Source: Tannerellaceae bacterium (GTDB taxonomy: Bacteria > Bacteroidota > Bacteroidia > Bacteroidales > Tannerellaceae). Taken from it: a DNA stretch of 64,000 nucleotides. Below, piece after piece: positions 38,504-48,228 of the stretch. The stretch spans positions 9,553 to 73,552 of the forward strand of contig JAISDJ010000031.1 of NCBI GenBank assembly GCA_031264865.1, read 5' to 3'. The first letter of the stretch is position 1. The number at the start of each line of letters is the position of its first letter. A program made the position numbers and the translations under genes. The notes under the pieces are model-generated. The model had not been told where the DNA came from. It saw only the letters and a program-made list of their open reading frames with translations, and searched no databases.

Positions 38504-39229
38504 TTATTGTAATTGGAAGATCTCTTTTAGTTCTGCAAAATCAGTAATGACGCTATCTGCTGTCTCGTCTCCTTTGTATTCGCTCCACCCGGTGCGTTTT
38601 AACCAGATTGTTTGGCAACCTACGGCTTTGGCCGGTACGATGTCTTTATCATACGAATCGCCGATAACTACTATCTCGCCGGCGGTAAATCCCAATTCTT
38701 TTATGCCGAGTCTGAATATTTCGGGGTCGGGCTTTCGTATGCCTACAACCGATGATTCTACAATTGCACTGAAAAGGGTTGCCAGATGGAAGTCTTTCAA
38801 TACCGCTTTTATATTGCCGTAGAAATTGGAAACTAATACTAACGGATATTTCTCCGATAATTTCTTGATGATGGGAAGCGCCATACTAACAGCCATCTGC
38901 GCATAGGCGTAACACCAATCGGCAATACCTGTTGTATATTTTGTAAAATCGGCATCTTCGGACAGGTATTTGTTATCAATCAACCATTGTATCTGCGTTT
39001 CGGCTTTCAGCCTTATTACATGCCAGAAATTATGATTGGGGAGTATGATCCTGTTTTTAGCCAAAGTACGTTCGCCATGTACATAGGCTTCGCGGAAAAT
39101 GTCTTTACTTACCGGGATATGCAGCGCTTCATAAGACATCCAAATTACGTCGGCCCAGTGCATACCGTTACTGTCAATCGTACCTCCGTAGTCGAAAATG
39201 ATTCCTTTTATTTTTTCTAAATTGAGCAT
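38504..39229 (-). CDS. HAD family hydrolase (inositol operon)
   Basis: 'FDYGGTID', 'VSN', 'KPDP', 'IGDSYDKD'. Confidence 0.88.
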   Translation of the reverse strand: MLNLEKIKGIIFDYGGTIDSNGMHWADVIWMSYEALHIPVSKDIFREAYVHGERTLAKNRIILPNHNFWHVIRLKAETQIQWLIDNKYLSEDADFTKYTTGIADWCYAYAQMAVSMALPIIKKLSEKYPLVLVSNFYGNIKAVLKDFHLATLFSAIVESSVVGIRKPDPEIFRLGIKELGFTAGEIVVIGDSYDKDIVPAKAVGCQTIWLKRTGWSEYKGDETADSVITDFAELKEIFQLQ

Positions 39230-39242
39230 AGTTAATAAGATT

Positions 39243-40154
39243 TTAGAATTCTAATTGTTTGATGAATTGTGCACAAATATGTTCGTGTTTTATAATCATG
39301 TAGATGAGCATTATATTCAATACCGTTATTTCAAAAGCGAAATAGAGCCAGGGCCTGTTTATAAATAAACTGATAAATAAAGCAATGATTCGTGTATTGA
39401 ATGATAACATATTTGTGTATTTCATAAGCGGAAGACTCTTTTCCCTGAATGCTTTACGAAACCATTCAGGCGCTTCGCCGTTGTATTTCTCACGGATTAT
39501 TTTCATCATTTGCTGAAGTTTCGGACTTAACTTTTCTTGTCTGACTGTATAACTAATATAGGAACTATCAAACAATTTATAGATGAAGTTTTTCCCCCAG
39601 CTCATTTTCCGGTAGTTCTCTTTAAGCGTTGCCGAATTAGACAATTCGCTTCCTGCTTTTCCTTTCAGGAATAATAGATGTACATTTCTGTAATAATCCG
39701 CCATAGAAGCTTGCGTGGTGTGCGAAAAACCAGTTATAGCAGCGAATAACCAAATCCAGAAGCCCCACTCGGGAAACAATCGTGAACAGATAGCGGCATA
39801 GATAGCAATAAACCAGAGGTCGCCGCAGAAGCCGTCGAGCATACGCCCTAACGGCGAAGTTTTGCCGGTCATACGCGCCAATTGCCCATCGGCGCTGTCG
39901 AATGAATTAGCCCATACAAGCAGTAGCATGCCCATAACGTTGATAAGAATATTCTGAAAGTAAAAACAAATGCCGGCAGCAATGCCTATAAAAATAGCGG
40001 CAATGGTGATAGCATTCGGCGAAACTCCCAGCTTGTGAAACAGCAATGCCCATTCATAACCGATAGGACGGTAAAAGTAAATATCGATAGGTTCTTCCGT
40101 ATCCAGTGATTTGAAGGTAGATACTATATCAGGCTTTTTTGTTCTTTTTTGCAT
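39243..40154 (-). CDS. CDP-alcohol phosphatidyltransferase family protein
   Basis: 'PNAIT' and 'DSADGQLARMTGKTSPLGRMLDGFCG' signature. Confidence 0.92.
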   Translation of the reverse strand: MQKRTKKPDIVSTFKSLDTEEPIDIYFYRPIGYEWALLFHKLGVSPNAITIAAIFIGIAAGICFYFQNILINVMGMLLLVWANSFDSADGQLARMTGKTSPLGRMLDGFCGDLWFIAIYAAICSRLFPEWGFWIWLFAAITGFSHTTQASMADYYRNVHLLFLKGKAGSELSNSATLKENYRKMSWGKNFIYKLFDSSYISYTVRQEKLSPKLQQMMKIIREKYNGEAPEWFRKAFREKSLPLMKYTNMLSFNTRIIALFISLFINRPWLYFAFEITVLNIMLIYMIIKHEHICAQFIKQLEF

Positions 40155-41011
40155 GGTTTGTTGATTAATAAATAAATCCGTTCGGCAATATGGGAAGCTG
40201 CTTCTTCACGACAAGGAGCAAAGCTCGGCCAATCGTTGAAATCAATTATACGGGCGATACCATCTTCCGATATAATACAGTCGCCGCCATATATATGGAT
40301 GTTTAATACGTTAGCTGCTTTATTGCATAAATGTTGCAGGTGCGCTTCATTGAAAGGAATCCCTTTCGCATTGCCATTTATCTGTTCCAAACCAAATTTG
40401 CTGTGATTTTGGTTGGTAGGATAAAACCAGTAAAAGAAGTCGGCGCCGGCTATGCCATAGAACTTAACAAGGTCGCCTACCAGATGTTCGTTGATAACAG
40501 CGCTCTCAATACCTCTGATAGCAAACTCTTCCAGGATGCTTTGCGCCTCTTCCCGGTTGCGTACATACGTAACATCTTCCCGGTGGATAGCATGAAAATC
40601 GCCTCTTTTAATCCAGCAATTATGAAACTCCACGTCTTTAAAGGCCGGCAGTGGATCGTCTATCGTACGGACAATCAAGCTTTGGGGATGTGGAATATCA
40701 TTTAGCAGCAATAGGCGTGTCATCTTTTCACGCGTACAATTCTCAATTCCGTATGCCGAATTAATAACAGTCTTGCCTTCGTTTTCATATTTCTGCAACT
40801 TATAGATAGACTCCCAGTCGCGCACCATATTAAAAATGAAGTTTTCCTTTATTTTATTGTCCGACAAATCCGTTTCGGAATACTCGTTCACAATACATCC
40901 GCGCTTGCGAAGCGCTTTCGCTGTAAGCTGGAATATAGCCGCATCATTTCCCACATGGTTCGGAGAATATCTGCTTCCCCTGCGGATACCTGCTATTGTT
41001 ATTTCATTCAT
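40124..41011 (-). CDS. ATP-grasp-fold protein with ITPK1-like motifs (function unknown)
   Basis: 'VINS...NCTREKM...IPHP', 'WIKRG', 'EHLVGDLVKFY', 'YGGDCII', 'IIDFNDWPSF'; start 41011 or 41023. Confidence 0.7.
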   Translation of the reverse strand: MNEITIAGIRRGSRYSPNHVGNDAAIFQLTAKALRKRGCIVNEYSETDLSDNKIKENFIFNMVRDWESIYKLQKYENEGKTVINSAYGIENCTREKMTRLLLLNDIPHPQSLIVRTIDDPLPAFKDVEFHNCWIKRGDFHAIHREDVTYVRNREEAQSILEEFAIRGIESAVINEHLVGDLVKFYGIAGADFFYWFYPTNQNHSKFGLEQINGNAKGIPFNEAHLQHLCNKAANVLNIHIYGGDCIISEDGIARIIDFNDWPSFAPCREEAASHIAERIYLLINKPCKKEQKSLI

Positions 41012-41031
41012 ACACACAATCAATGAATATA

Positions 41032-41730
41032 TTATGTGTTTAAAAACCGTTCGGCTTTTACAATATCTCCAGCGTGGTCTACATCTATTATTTTACCAAA
41101 TGGATAAGCTTTCAGCACTAATCCTTCCTCAATCAATAAACGTTGATAATTCCGCATTCTCGACATACCTTTTTCCATTGCACTATCCAATACTTTTAAT
41201 GCCGTACGTTTTAAACAGTAAATACCTCCCGATATATAGCGACTGTCTGGTTCCGCCTTATCCGAAAAGCTTTTTATAAGCAGATTCCGGCCTGTATTTA
41301 CATACAAAGGCTTTTCATCATCAATATAATCTGTAACGGCCATGAGTCCATCGATGTCTTCACTTTTTAAAAAGGATTGGATATATTGTTTAAATTCTTC
41401 TTTTTTACATATAGTGTCTACCGTTGTAAGGCAAAATCGCTCGTTTTCCAGATATGCTCTCAGTTCAAAGAAACTATGCATCGAACTGGGGGTAGACTTA
41501 ATAAGAAGCCGGAGCGGTACTGGTAGTTGCAACTTCCCGAGATACTCCTGTACCTCTTTCATTTCTTCATTTACGATAACGTTGATTGTCGTTGCATCAT
41601 TTTGCAGAAAAACGTCTATCAAACGTTCAATTAAGGGAGTTCCATTTAATCGTACCAGTGGTTTAGGCCATTTAACGCCTTCCTGTACTAGACGGGAGCC
41701 TTCTCCGGCAGCAATAATTGCATAATCCAT
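41032..41730 (-). CDS. Nucleotidyltransferase (NTP_transf family; IPCT-like by context)
   Basis: 'IIAAGEGSRL...PKPL' and 'DVD'; TAATG coupling to MIPS. Confidence 0.88.
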   Translation of the reverse strand: MDYAIIAAGEGSRLVQEGVKWPKPLVRLNGTPLIERLIDVFLQNDATTINVIVNEEMKEVQEYLGKLQLPVPLRLLIKSTPSSMHSFFELRAYLENERFCLTTVDTICKKEEFKQYIQSFLKSEDIDGLMAVTDYIDDEKPLYVNTGRNLLIKSFSDKAEPDSRYISGGIYCLKRTALKVLDSAMEKGMSRMRNYQRLLIEEGLVLKAYPFGKIIDVDHAGDIVKAERFLNT

Positions 41731-43031
41731 TAATCCAGATAATCCAGCGTTGGTTCGCCGATAATCTTACGAAGCGTGTTCTTCAGAATCGTGTGCTGGA
41801 TGAATAGATCATGTTCGGGTACACGGTCGGGAGCATGCATCGGGCTTTTGAAATAAAACGACAACCACGATTGGATGCCATAGAACCCACAACGTTGCGC
41901 TAAATCGGAGAATAATACCAAATCAAGGCACAAAGGAGCCGCCAGGATAGAATCACGACAAAGGAAATCTATCTTCAATTGCATTGGGTAACCCATCCAG
42001 CCGATGATATCAATATTATCCCATCCTTCTTTATTGTCTTTGCGGGGCGGGTAGTAATTGATACGTACCTTGTGATAAATATTACCATACAATTCAGGAT
42101 AGGTTTCCGTTTGAAGGATTGTATTGATAACCGATAATTTGCTTACTTCTTTTGTCTTGAATGAACCCGGATCGTCTAAAACTTCGCCATCCCGGTTTCC
42201 GAGTATATTGGTGGAAAACCATCCTTCAAGTCCCAACATACGTGTTTTCAACATAGGAGCCAACACCGTTTTCAGCATGGTTTGGCCTGTTTTATAGTCT
42301 TTGCCGCTGATAGCAACCTTGTTTTTATCGGCAAATTCCCACATAGCGGGGATATCTACACAAAGGTTGGGAGCTCCCATAATGAACGGACAACCTTCGG
42401 CAATGGCTGCATAGGCATAACACATACTGGGCGAAACAGCCTCTTTGTTATCCTCCTTTAATGCCTTTTCAAAAGCCGCCAGACTGTCGTGCTCTTTGCT
42501 TTGCGGGATGTACACTTCCGTGCTGGCAGCCCACATAACAACCACACGTTCGCATCCGTTAGCTGCTTTGAATCTGCGGATATCCTCACGCAACAGCTCG
42601 ATGAGTTCCCAGCGCGAAGCTTCTTTCTTTACATGCGTACCATGTAAACGTTTAACAAAATTCTGGTCGAATACGGCAGGCATCGGTTTGATAGCTTCCA
42701 ACTCGTCTTTTACGATATCGATGTCTTCTTTTTTCAGTACTTCTGCATGCTTGGCTGCTTCGTAAACGTTTTCATCAAAGATATCCCATCCTCCAAAAAT
42801 AAGATCTTCCAACCCGGCTAAAGGCACTACATCCTTTATCTTGGGAAAACGGTTTTCATAACGTTTGCCTAAGCGAATGGTTGCCAATTGTGTTAACGAA
42901 CCGATAGGGATACCGATTCCTTTTCGCACCGATAGTGTACCAGTAATAAATGTAGAGGCTACAGCTCCTCCTACTCCCACAATAAGAACGCCAAGTTTGC
43001 CCTTAGCATCTTTTACTTCAACTTTTTCCAT
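41730..43031 (-). CDS. ino1: myo-Inositol-1(3)-phosphate synthase (MIPS)
   Basis: 'FGGWD', 'WAASTE', 'GKDYKTGQT', 'NILGNRDG', 'DSILAAPLCLDL'. Confidence 0.95.
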   Translation of the reverse strand: MEKVEVKDAKGKLGVLIVGVGGAVASTFITGTLSVRKGIGIPIGSLTQLATIRLGKRYENRFPKIKDVVPLAGLEDLIFGGWDIFDENVYEAAKHAEVLKKEDIDIVKDELEAIKPMPAVFDQNFVKRLHGTHVKKEASRWELIELLREDIRRFKAANGCERVVVMWAASTEVYIPQSKEHDSLAAFEKALKEDNKEAVSPSMCYAYAAIAEGCPFIMGAPNLCVDIPAMWEFADKNKVAISGKDYKTGQTMLKTVLAPMLKTRMLGLEGWFSTNILGNRDGEVLDDPGSFKTKEVSKLSVINTILQTETYPELYGNIYHKVRINYYPPRKDNKEGWDNIDIIGWMGYPMQLKIDFLCRDSILAAPLCLDLVLFSDLAQRCGFYGIQSWLSFYFKSPMHAPDRVPEHDLFIQHTILKNTLRKIIGEPTLDYLD

Positions 43032-43280
43032 GTCTGTTATTAGAATTCAAAGATAATTGGCAAATATACATTTTTCCCATAATAAAATAGATGCTTCTTT
43101 CTTTTTTTTCGTCCGGCTGCAAATAGGGCATCGGTAGTTTCGGTAGCAAATTCCGAAATCAAAGTCAATGCTAAAACGGCTTCCAGACTCTATTTCAATG
43201 TCGTTTAGTTAAGTGATTTCCTTGCCAGGCTGTGCTTGATTTACTCATCTGGTGTTAAAAATTTCATGCCTACCTTGTTG

Positions 43281-43355
43281 AAAAAAGGTAAGCATCTTTC
43301 TCAAAAAGGATAAGTACTGTTTAAGAAAAGGCTTATTTATCAATCTCAAGAGGTG
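43281..43355. repeat. Degenerate array with ~22-bp period
   Basis: A-tract-GG motifs with GG at 43287, 43308, 43330, 43352. Confidence 0.4.
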
Positions 43356-43425
43356 TGCCTAAATCTCCGAAGAAGAAAAAATTTCTATCTTTATTGCCGT
43401 TAATGAAAAACCAATACATTGCTTT

Positions 43426-44697
43426 ATGGACAATATACAAATTACTGGGGTTTCTAAAGAGAGGATTCGTTATGCCGCCCTTACTTTCTTTCTGGCGCAA
43501 GGTTTATGCTTCTCGAGTTGGGCGAGTCGTATTCCGGATATCAAAGATATTTTTGAAGTACATTATGCTTTTTACTGGGGGCTTGTTTTGTTTCTTATCC
43601 CTGCGGGTAAATTTATTGCCATTCCGTTGGCGGGCTATCTGGTGTCTAAACTGGGAAGCCGTATTATGGTGCAGGTAAGTATTATTGGCTACGGGCTGTC
43701 GTTGTTTGCTATCGGGATTGCTTCGCATATTGTGATGTTGGGCGTTTTTCTGTTCTGCTTTGGCGTTTGCTGGAATTTATGCGATATATCCCTCAATACG
43801 CAGGGTATCGGAATTGAACGGGTATATGGACGGACCATTATGGCTACCTTTCACGGAGGTTGGAGCTTAGCCGCCTGCCTGGGAGCGCTTATTGGTTTTA
43901 TTATGATCGTGATGAACGTACCCCCTTTCTATCATTTTTCGCTGATAACTTGTATTATTCTATTAATTACAATCCTGAATCGTCCTTATTTGCAGGAGGA
44001 TGTGAGAGACGATAGAAACATTAGAGACGATGGAGACAAGAAGGGCGAGAAAGATAAGAAGGGCTGGTTCAGGATGCCGGAGAAGATATTGTTGCAGTTA
44101 GGGCTTATTGGTCTGTTTGCCCTGATTGTAGAGAGTGCGATGTTTGACTGGAGCGGTATTTATTTCGAATCGGTTATACAAGCTCCCAAGTCGTTGCAGA
44201 TCGGTTTCCTTGTGTTTATGGTGATGATGACTGCCGGGCGTTTTCTTACCAACTATGCTTATCAGTTTTTTGGTAAGAAAAATGTATTGTTTATTGCCGG
44301 GGGATTGATATTTATTGGTTTCCTTACCTCTTCCTTATTGGGCGAAGTGTTCGGTTCCATGCTTGCGAAGGTTATCGTTAATTCTTTAGGATTTATGATG
44401 GTGGGGCTGGGAATCTCATGTATGGTGCCTACTATTTATAGTTTTGTGGGAGAAAAATCCAAAATGCCGTTGGGCATTGCCCTTACTATCCTGTCGAGTA
44501 TCAGCTTTATCGGTTCATTAGTAGCCCCCTTACTGATAGGAGGCATAACACAGGTATTCGGCATCCGGTATGCCTATTTGCTGATCGGTTTGTTAGGGCT
44601 TGGGATTATTGTAGTAGTTAAAAGGTACCTAAATCCCAAGCAATCCACCCCCCAACCCCCTAAAGGGGGGGTAGAGAGGATGGATAGTATTTATTAG
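43426..44697 (+). CDS. MFS transporter
   Basis: About 12 hydrophobic helices; 'SSWASRIPDIK', 'FHGGWSL', 'ESAMFDWS'. Confidence 0.88.
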   Translation: MDNIQITGVSKERIRYAALTFFLAQGLCFSSWASRIPDIKDIFEVHYAFYWGLVLFLIPAGKFIAIPLAGYLVSKLGSRIMVQVSIIGYGLSLFAIGIASHIVMLGVFLFCFGVCWNLCDISLNTQGIGIERVYGRTIMATFHGGWSLAACLGALIGFIMIVMNVPPFYHFSLITCIILLITILNRPYLQEDVRDDRNIRDDGDKKGEKDKKGWFRMPEKILLQLGLIGLFALIVESAMFDWSGIYFESVIQAPKSLQIGFLVFMVMMTAGRFLTNYAYQFFGKKNVLFIAGGLIFIGFLTSSLLGEVFGSMLAKVIVNSLGFMMVGLGISCMVPTIYSFVGEKSKMPLGIALTILSSISFIGSLVAPLLIGGITQVFGIRYAYLLIGLLGLGIIVVVKRYLNPKQSTPQPPKGGVERMDSIY

Positions 44698-44771
44698 TCT
44701 CTACAAGGGATTGCCCTAAAGGGAAGTAGAGGGAGTCGTCCCCATTACCCCCCCTTTAGGGGGTTGGGGGG
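44648..44771. repeat. REP/MITE-like element with a perfect 26-bp GC-rich inverted repeat
   Basis: ccccccaaccccctaaagggggggta (44648-44673) and its exact reverse complement (44746-44771). Confidence 0.85.
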
Positions 44772-47700
44772 GGTTCCTTAATCCGTATATTACGGAACTT
44801 CACTTCCGAGCCGTGGCCGAGGAAGGCGATATGTCCTTTCTTGTTGAATAAACCGGGATGTTCTTTTCCATCGGGGGTTCCGTTTTTTGTTGCTTCACGG
44901 ATATTTCCGTCAAGGATAACTTCACCGTTTAGTGTAATCTTGATGTGGTCGCCATCAGCAATTACTTCCTGATAGTTCCATTCGCCTACGGGTTTCAAGA
45001 ATCCGCGTTTAGCCGGAATGATGCCGTACACAGAACCATGGTACTGATAGATATGTAAGTCTTTGTATACCGGATGTTCGTTGTCTAATATCTGTAATTC
45101 CATACCGACGTAAGCGGCATCGCCTTCCATCGGAGTACGGATACCTAAACCATTATTCGCAGCAGGAGTCAACATAAATTCAAAACGGAAGATGAAGTTA
45201 TCATATTCGTTCTTTGTATATAAGTTACCACCCGATCCTTTACTTGGAACTAAGGTAATAGTACCGTCTTCCCTTGATGTGTAATCAACGGTATTCCCTG
45301 TCCATTCGAACATGTTTGTTCCGTCGAACAACATTTTATAACCCTCTTTTACTTCTTCGGCTGAAAGCGTAAAAGGTTCCGGACGTTCCAGTTCCTTTAC
45401 ATATATATTACGGTAATATACTTTACTTCCGTGCGCTTGCAGTTCGATCTGTTCTACCGGGAATATTGGTTGTTTGTGGTCCCAGAAGTTTTCGAGGATC
45501 ACATTGTCGGTTACTAATTCACCGTTCAGGTAAACGGTTACACGGTCGCCGATCATCTTGATATACATCGTATTCCATTCGCCCAACGGATTGTCTGCTA
45601 CTTTCAACGGTTTGCTTTCGTGGAACCGATTGTTGTATAAACCGCCTGATCCCACTTGAGCTCCTACCTTTACGCGTGCTGTGTCCCACATTTGCACTTG
45701 TGGCGTACCACGCAGGTAAATACCGGCGTCGGGTTCTTTTCCATTCGGATCGAGTTTCCAATCTACATACATTTCAAAATCGCCATATTGTTTTACGGTA
45801 CAGATGTTATCGTATCCGGTACCATCGAAAACCAACAGGCCATCTTCAACCTTCCAGTCGTTCCGCATTTGTTCGTCGGCTTTTACCTGGGCTTTTGCCA
45901 ATTGGGCGGGTTTCATTTTAGCGCGGGCGATCGGGTTTTCAATCAATCCCTTCCATCCTGTCAGGTCTATACCATTGAAGAGGGAAACAAAACCTTCTAC
46001 GGCCGGCGTCTCGTCAAGATATTTCTTAATAGCTTCGCGTTGATAGCCGGCGTCAGGATTATCCAATACCCTGGAAACCTTCTGAAGTAAGGTCCTTACA
46101 TTTGTACCGGCATAGTCGGGATGCGATAAAGCAATGTTCATTACAGCATTGGCTGCGCTTTGTTGCAACGCTTTATCATCCAGAAATTCACCAGCGAGCA
46201 ACATTCCCAAGAATGTACCGGTCCGGCCTAACTGACGGAGGATTGTATTCCTTTGCTGATCGGTCTTAGCTACTTCCAGCGCATTACGTAAGCCAAGCAT
46301 ACGGTTTTCACCGGTAAGGGAAGGACTGGAAACCAATTTTACATATCCAGCAAGCGCCCTGTCGAAATAAGAAGATGCTGAAGCATCCTGACAAATAGCA
46401 TATAACTCGCCGGCTACTTCAAGGCCCTTCCAATCCAATAACGCTTCAAAAGCAGCCTCTTTAGCTGCTCCACTTTCTTGTTTGAAACCTTTAACGAGGG
46501 TTATTAAAGCTTCCTTATCGCCTGTAGCGGCTAAAGCAGCATAATATAAATGTTTCTTGCTTTCACCCGCCTGTAGCATGCGCCTTGAAATCGTAGAAAC
46601 CTGATTCGCTTTCGGCTGAGAAGCCAAAGAAGCAATCACCGCTTGTTGCAAAGGAGCCACAGCCGAAGCATCGGCCGATTCCAACATACCACACAAAAGC
46701 GTAAAGTCTTTTTCTGCTACCACATCTTTCAGCGCCGTATAAGCAGCCGTTTTCACTTCCGGAGAACCCGATTTAATCAGTTCGAGTACGGTATTGATAT
46801 TGGCCGAAGCTTTTCTCATCGCCAATAGTTCTACGGCCGCAATCTTACCGGCGTCGGGAGCTTGCGGAATAATCTTCGTTACCACCGGCGCTATATCACC
46901 CTTGAAAGAAGTAAGCGCATCTTTAGCCAATTGGATAGTTTGCTTATCGCTGTTTGCCAATAATTCGGTTAGCGCGGGGATAACGGACGTATCTCCAATT
47001 TTAACTAACGCCCAGGCAGCCGCTTGCTTAACGGCAAAGTCATGACCTTTTAGTTGATTTAATAAGACTTGCTTAGCCGAAAGGTCGAACCGGATTTCCA
47101 GGTTCTTGATGATAGGATTCTTTTCAGGACAAGTACTTTCGCGGCCTATCCAGTTTAGTATATCCACTTTTTCTTCCGATTTAGCCTTCATCATTGTCTT
47201 GAATAGCTCTACATAGATTTCTTTATTAGCAAAACAGGAAGTATAATCTAATGCGGCATTCCTGTATTCTTTAGAAGGATCTTTCAAGGCATTCAACACC
47301 AGCTTGAGGCCGTTTTCTTTCCGAATAGAAAGTATTATTTGCAGTGCGGCGTCGCGCGTGTGCGTTTTGTTTGCTTTTGTAGCTTTCTTTAATAAATCGT
47401 TGGCGGCTTTTTCGGCTTCTTTTGTTTCGCCAAGCTGTACCATTCGTTTTAAAAGAGCTATATAAGCTTCATTCGCTCCGGTCTTTTCCAGCGCGAAACC
47501 AGTTTTTTCAGCCTCAGTAGCTAATTCTTTTTGCGACGCTTTGCTTCCGATACGGCTTAATGTATAAAGAATATCCTTCTGGAAGTTTTCGTCGCCCGTA
47601 CCAAGCATACCTTTAATGAGGTCTTCCGGTACGGATAATTGCGCTTCCCCGATAGCCAGAATAGCATCCCGTTGTGTTTTAGGCGTACCCATTTTACGAA

Positions 47701-48211
47701 GCAGAGACGCTTGTAAAGCCTGAGTTGCTTTTTCCGTACCGATTGTTGCCAATGCTCGAGCAGCGGGTCCGCTTAAATCCTCCTGATTTAGGAAACGGCC
47801 TAATGCATCTACGCTCTCATCTTTACCTACTATTTGCAATTGACGGATAATAAATGCTTTTGCTTCACGCTCATTTACCAGATCCAACGCTTTGATGTAA
47901 GCATTAGCGGTAGTCAGGCGGGCATTATCCCGGCCATTTTCCATTACATAATAGGAGAGGGCGCTTAAAGCATAATCTACTGCTGCATTGCTGCCTTGTC
48001 CGGGAGGATTTATCATTTTAACCAATAGCAGGATACCATCTTCTCCAGTAGAGGCTAAGTCGCCGATTTGCTTGTTGTAGTCGGTCTGATTGCTTGTTGG
48101 CATTTGGGCCAATACATCCGCTGCAATTGTTTGAACTGTACGCGACGATTGTGCCAATAATACACTCACGCACAGAAATAAAATCGAAAAGGATACATAT
48201 ATTTTTTTCAT
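44756..48211 (-). CDS. HEAT-repeat protein with two DUF1080 (3-keto-glycoside hydrolase-like) domains
   Basis: Signal peptide; about 730 aa of HEAT-like helices; 'LFNGIDLTGW...LQAHG...YRNI' and 'LFDGTNM...FLGHG...FRNIRIKE'. Confidence 0.85.
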   Translation of the reverse strand: MKKIYVSFSILFLCVSVLLAQSSRTVQTIAADVLAQMPTSNQTDYNKQIGDLASTGEDGILLLVKMINPPGQGSNAAVDYALSALSYYVMENGRDNARLTTANAYIKALDLVNEREAKAFIIRQLQIVGKDESVDALGRFLNQEDLSGPAARALATIGTEKATQALQASLLRKMGTPKTQRDAILAIGEAQLSVPEDLIKGMLGTGDENFQKDILYTLSRIGSKASQKELATEAEKTGFALEKTGANEAYIALLKRMVQLGETKEAEKAANDLLKKATKANKTHTRDAALQIILSIRKENGLKLVLNALKDPSKEYRNAALDYTSCFANKEIYVELFKTMMKAKSEEKVDILNWIGRESTCPEKNPIIKNLEIRFDLSAKQVLLNQLKGHDFAVKQAAAWALVKIGDTSVIPALTELLANSDKQTIQLAKDALTSFKGDIAPVVTKIIPQAPDAGKIAAVELLAMRKASANINTVLELIKSGSPEVKTAAYTALKDVVAEKDFTLLCGMLESADASAVAPLQQAVIASLASQPKANQVSTISRRMLQAGESKKHLYYAALAATGDKEALITLVKGFKQESGAAKEAAFEALLDWKGLEVAGELYAICQDASASSYFDRALAGYVKLVSSPSLTGENRMLGLRNALEVAKTDQQRNTILRQLGRTGTFLGMLLAGEFLDDKALQQSAANAVMNIALSHPDYAGTNVRTLLQKVSRVLDNPDAGYQREAIKKYLDETPAVEGFVSLFNGIDLTGWKGLIENPIARAKMKPAQLAKAQVKADEQMRNDWKVEDGLLVFDGTGYDNICTVKQYGDFEMYVDWKLDPNGKEPDAGIYLRGTPQVQMWDTARVKVGAQVGSGGLYNNRFHESKPLKVADNPLGEWNTMYIKMIGDRVTVYLNGELVTDNVILENFWDHKQPIFPVEQIELQAHGSKVYYRNIYVKELERPEPFTLSAEEVKEGYKMLFDGTNMFEWTGNTVDYTSREDGTITLVPSKGSGGNLYTKNEYDNFIFRFEFMLTPAANNGLGIRTPMEGDAAYVGMELQILDNEHPVYKDLHIYQYHGSVYGIIPAKRGFLKPVGEWNYQEVIADGDHIKITLNGEVILDGNIREATKNGTPDGKEHPGLFNKKGHIAFLGHGSEVKFRNIRIKEPPPTP

Positions 48212-48228
48212 ATTACTATCGGATTAAA

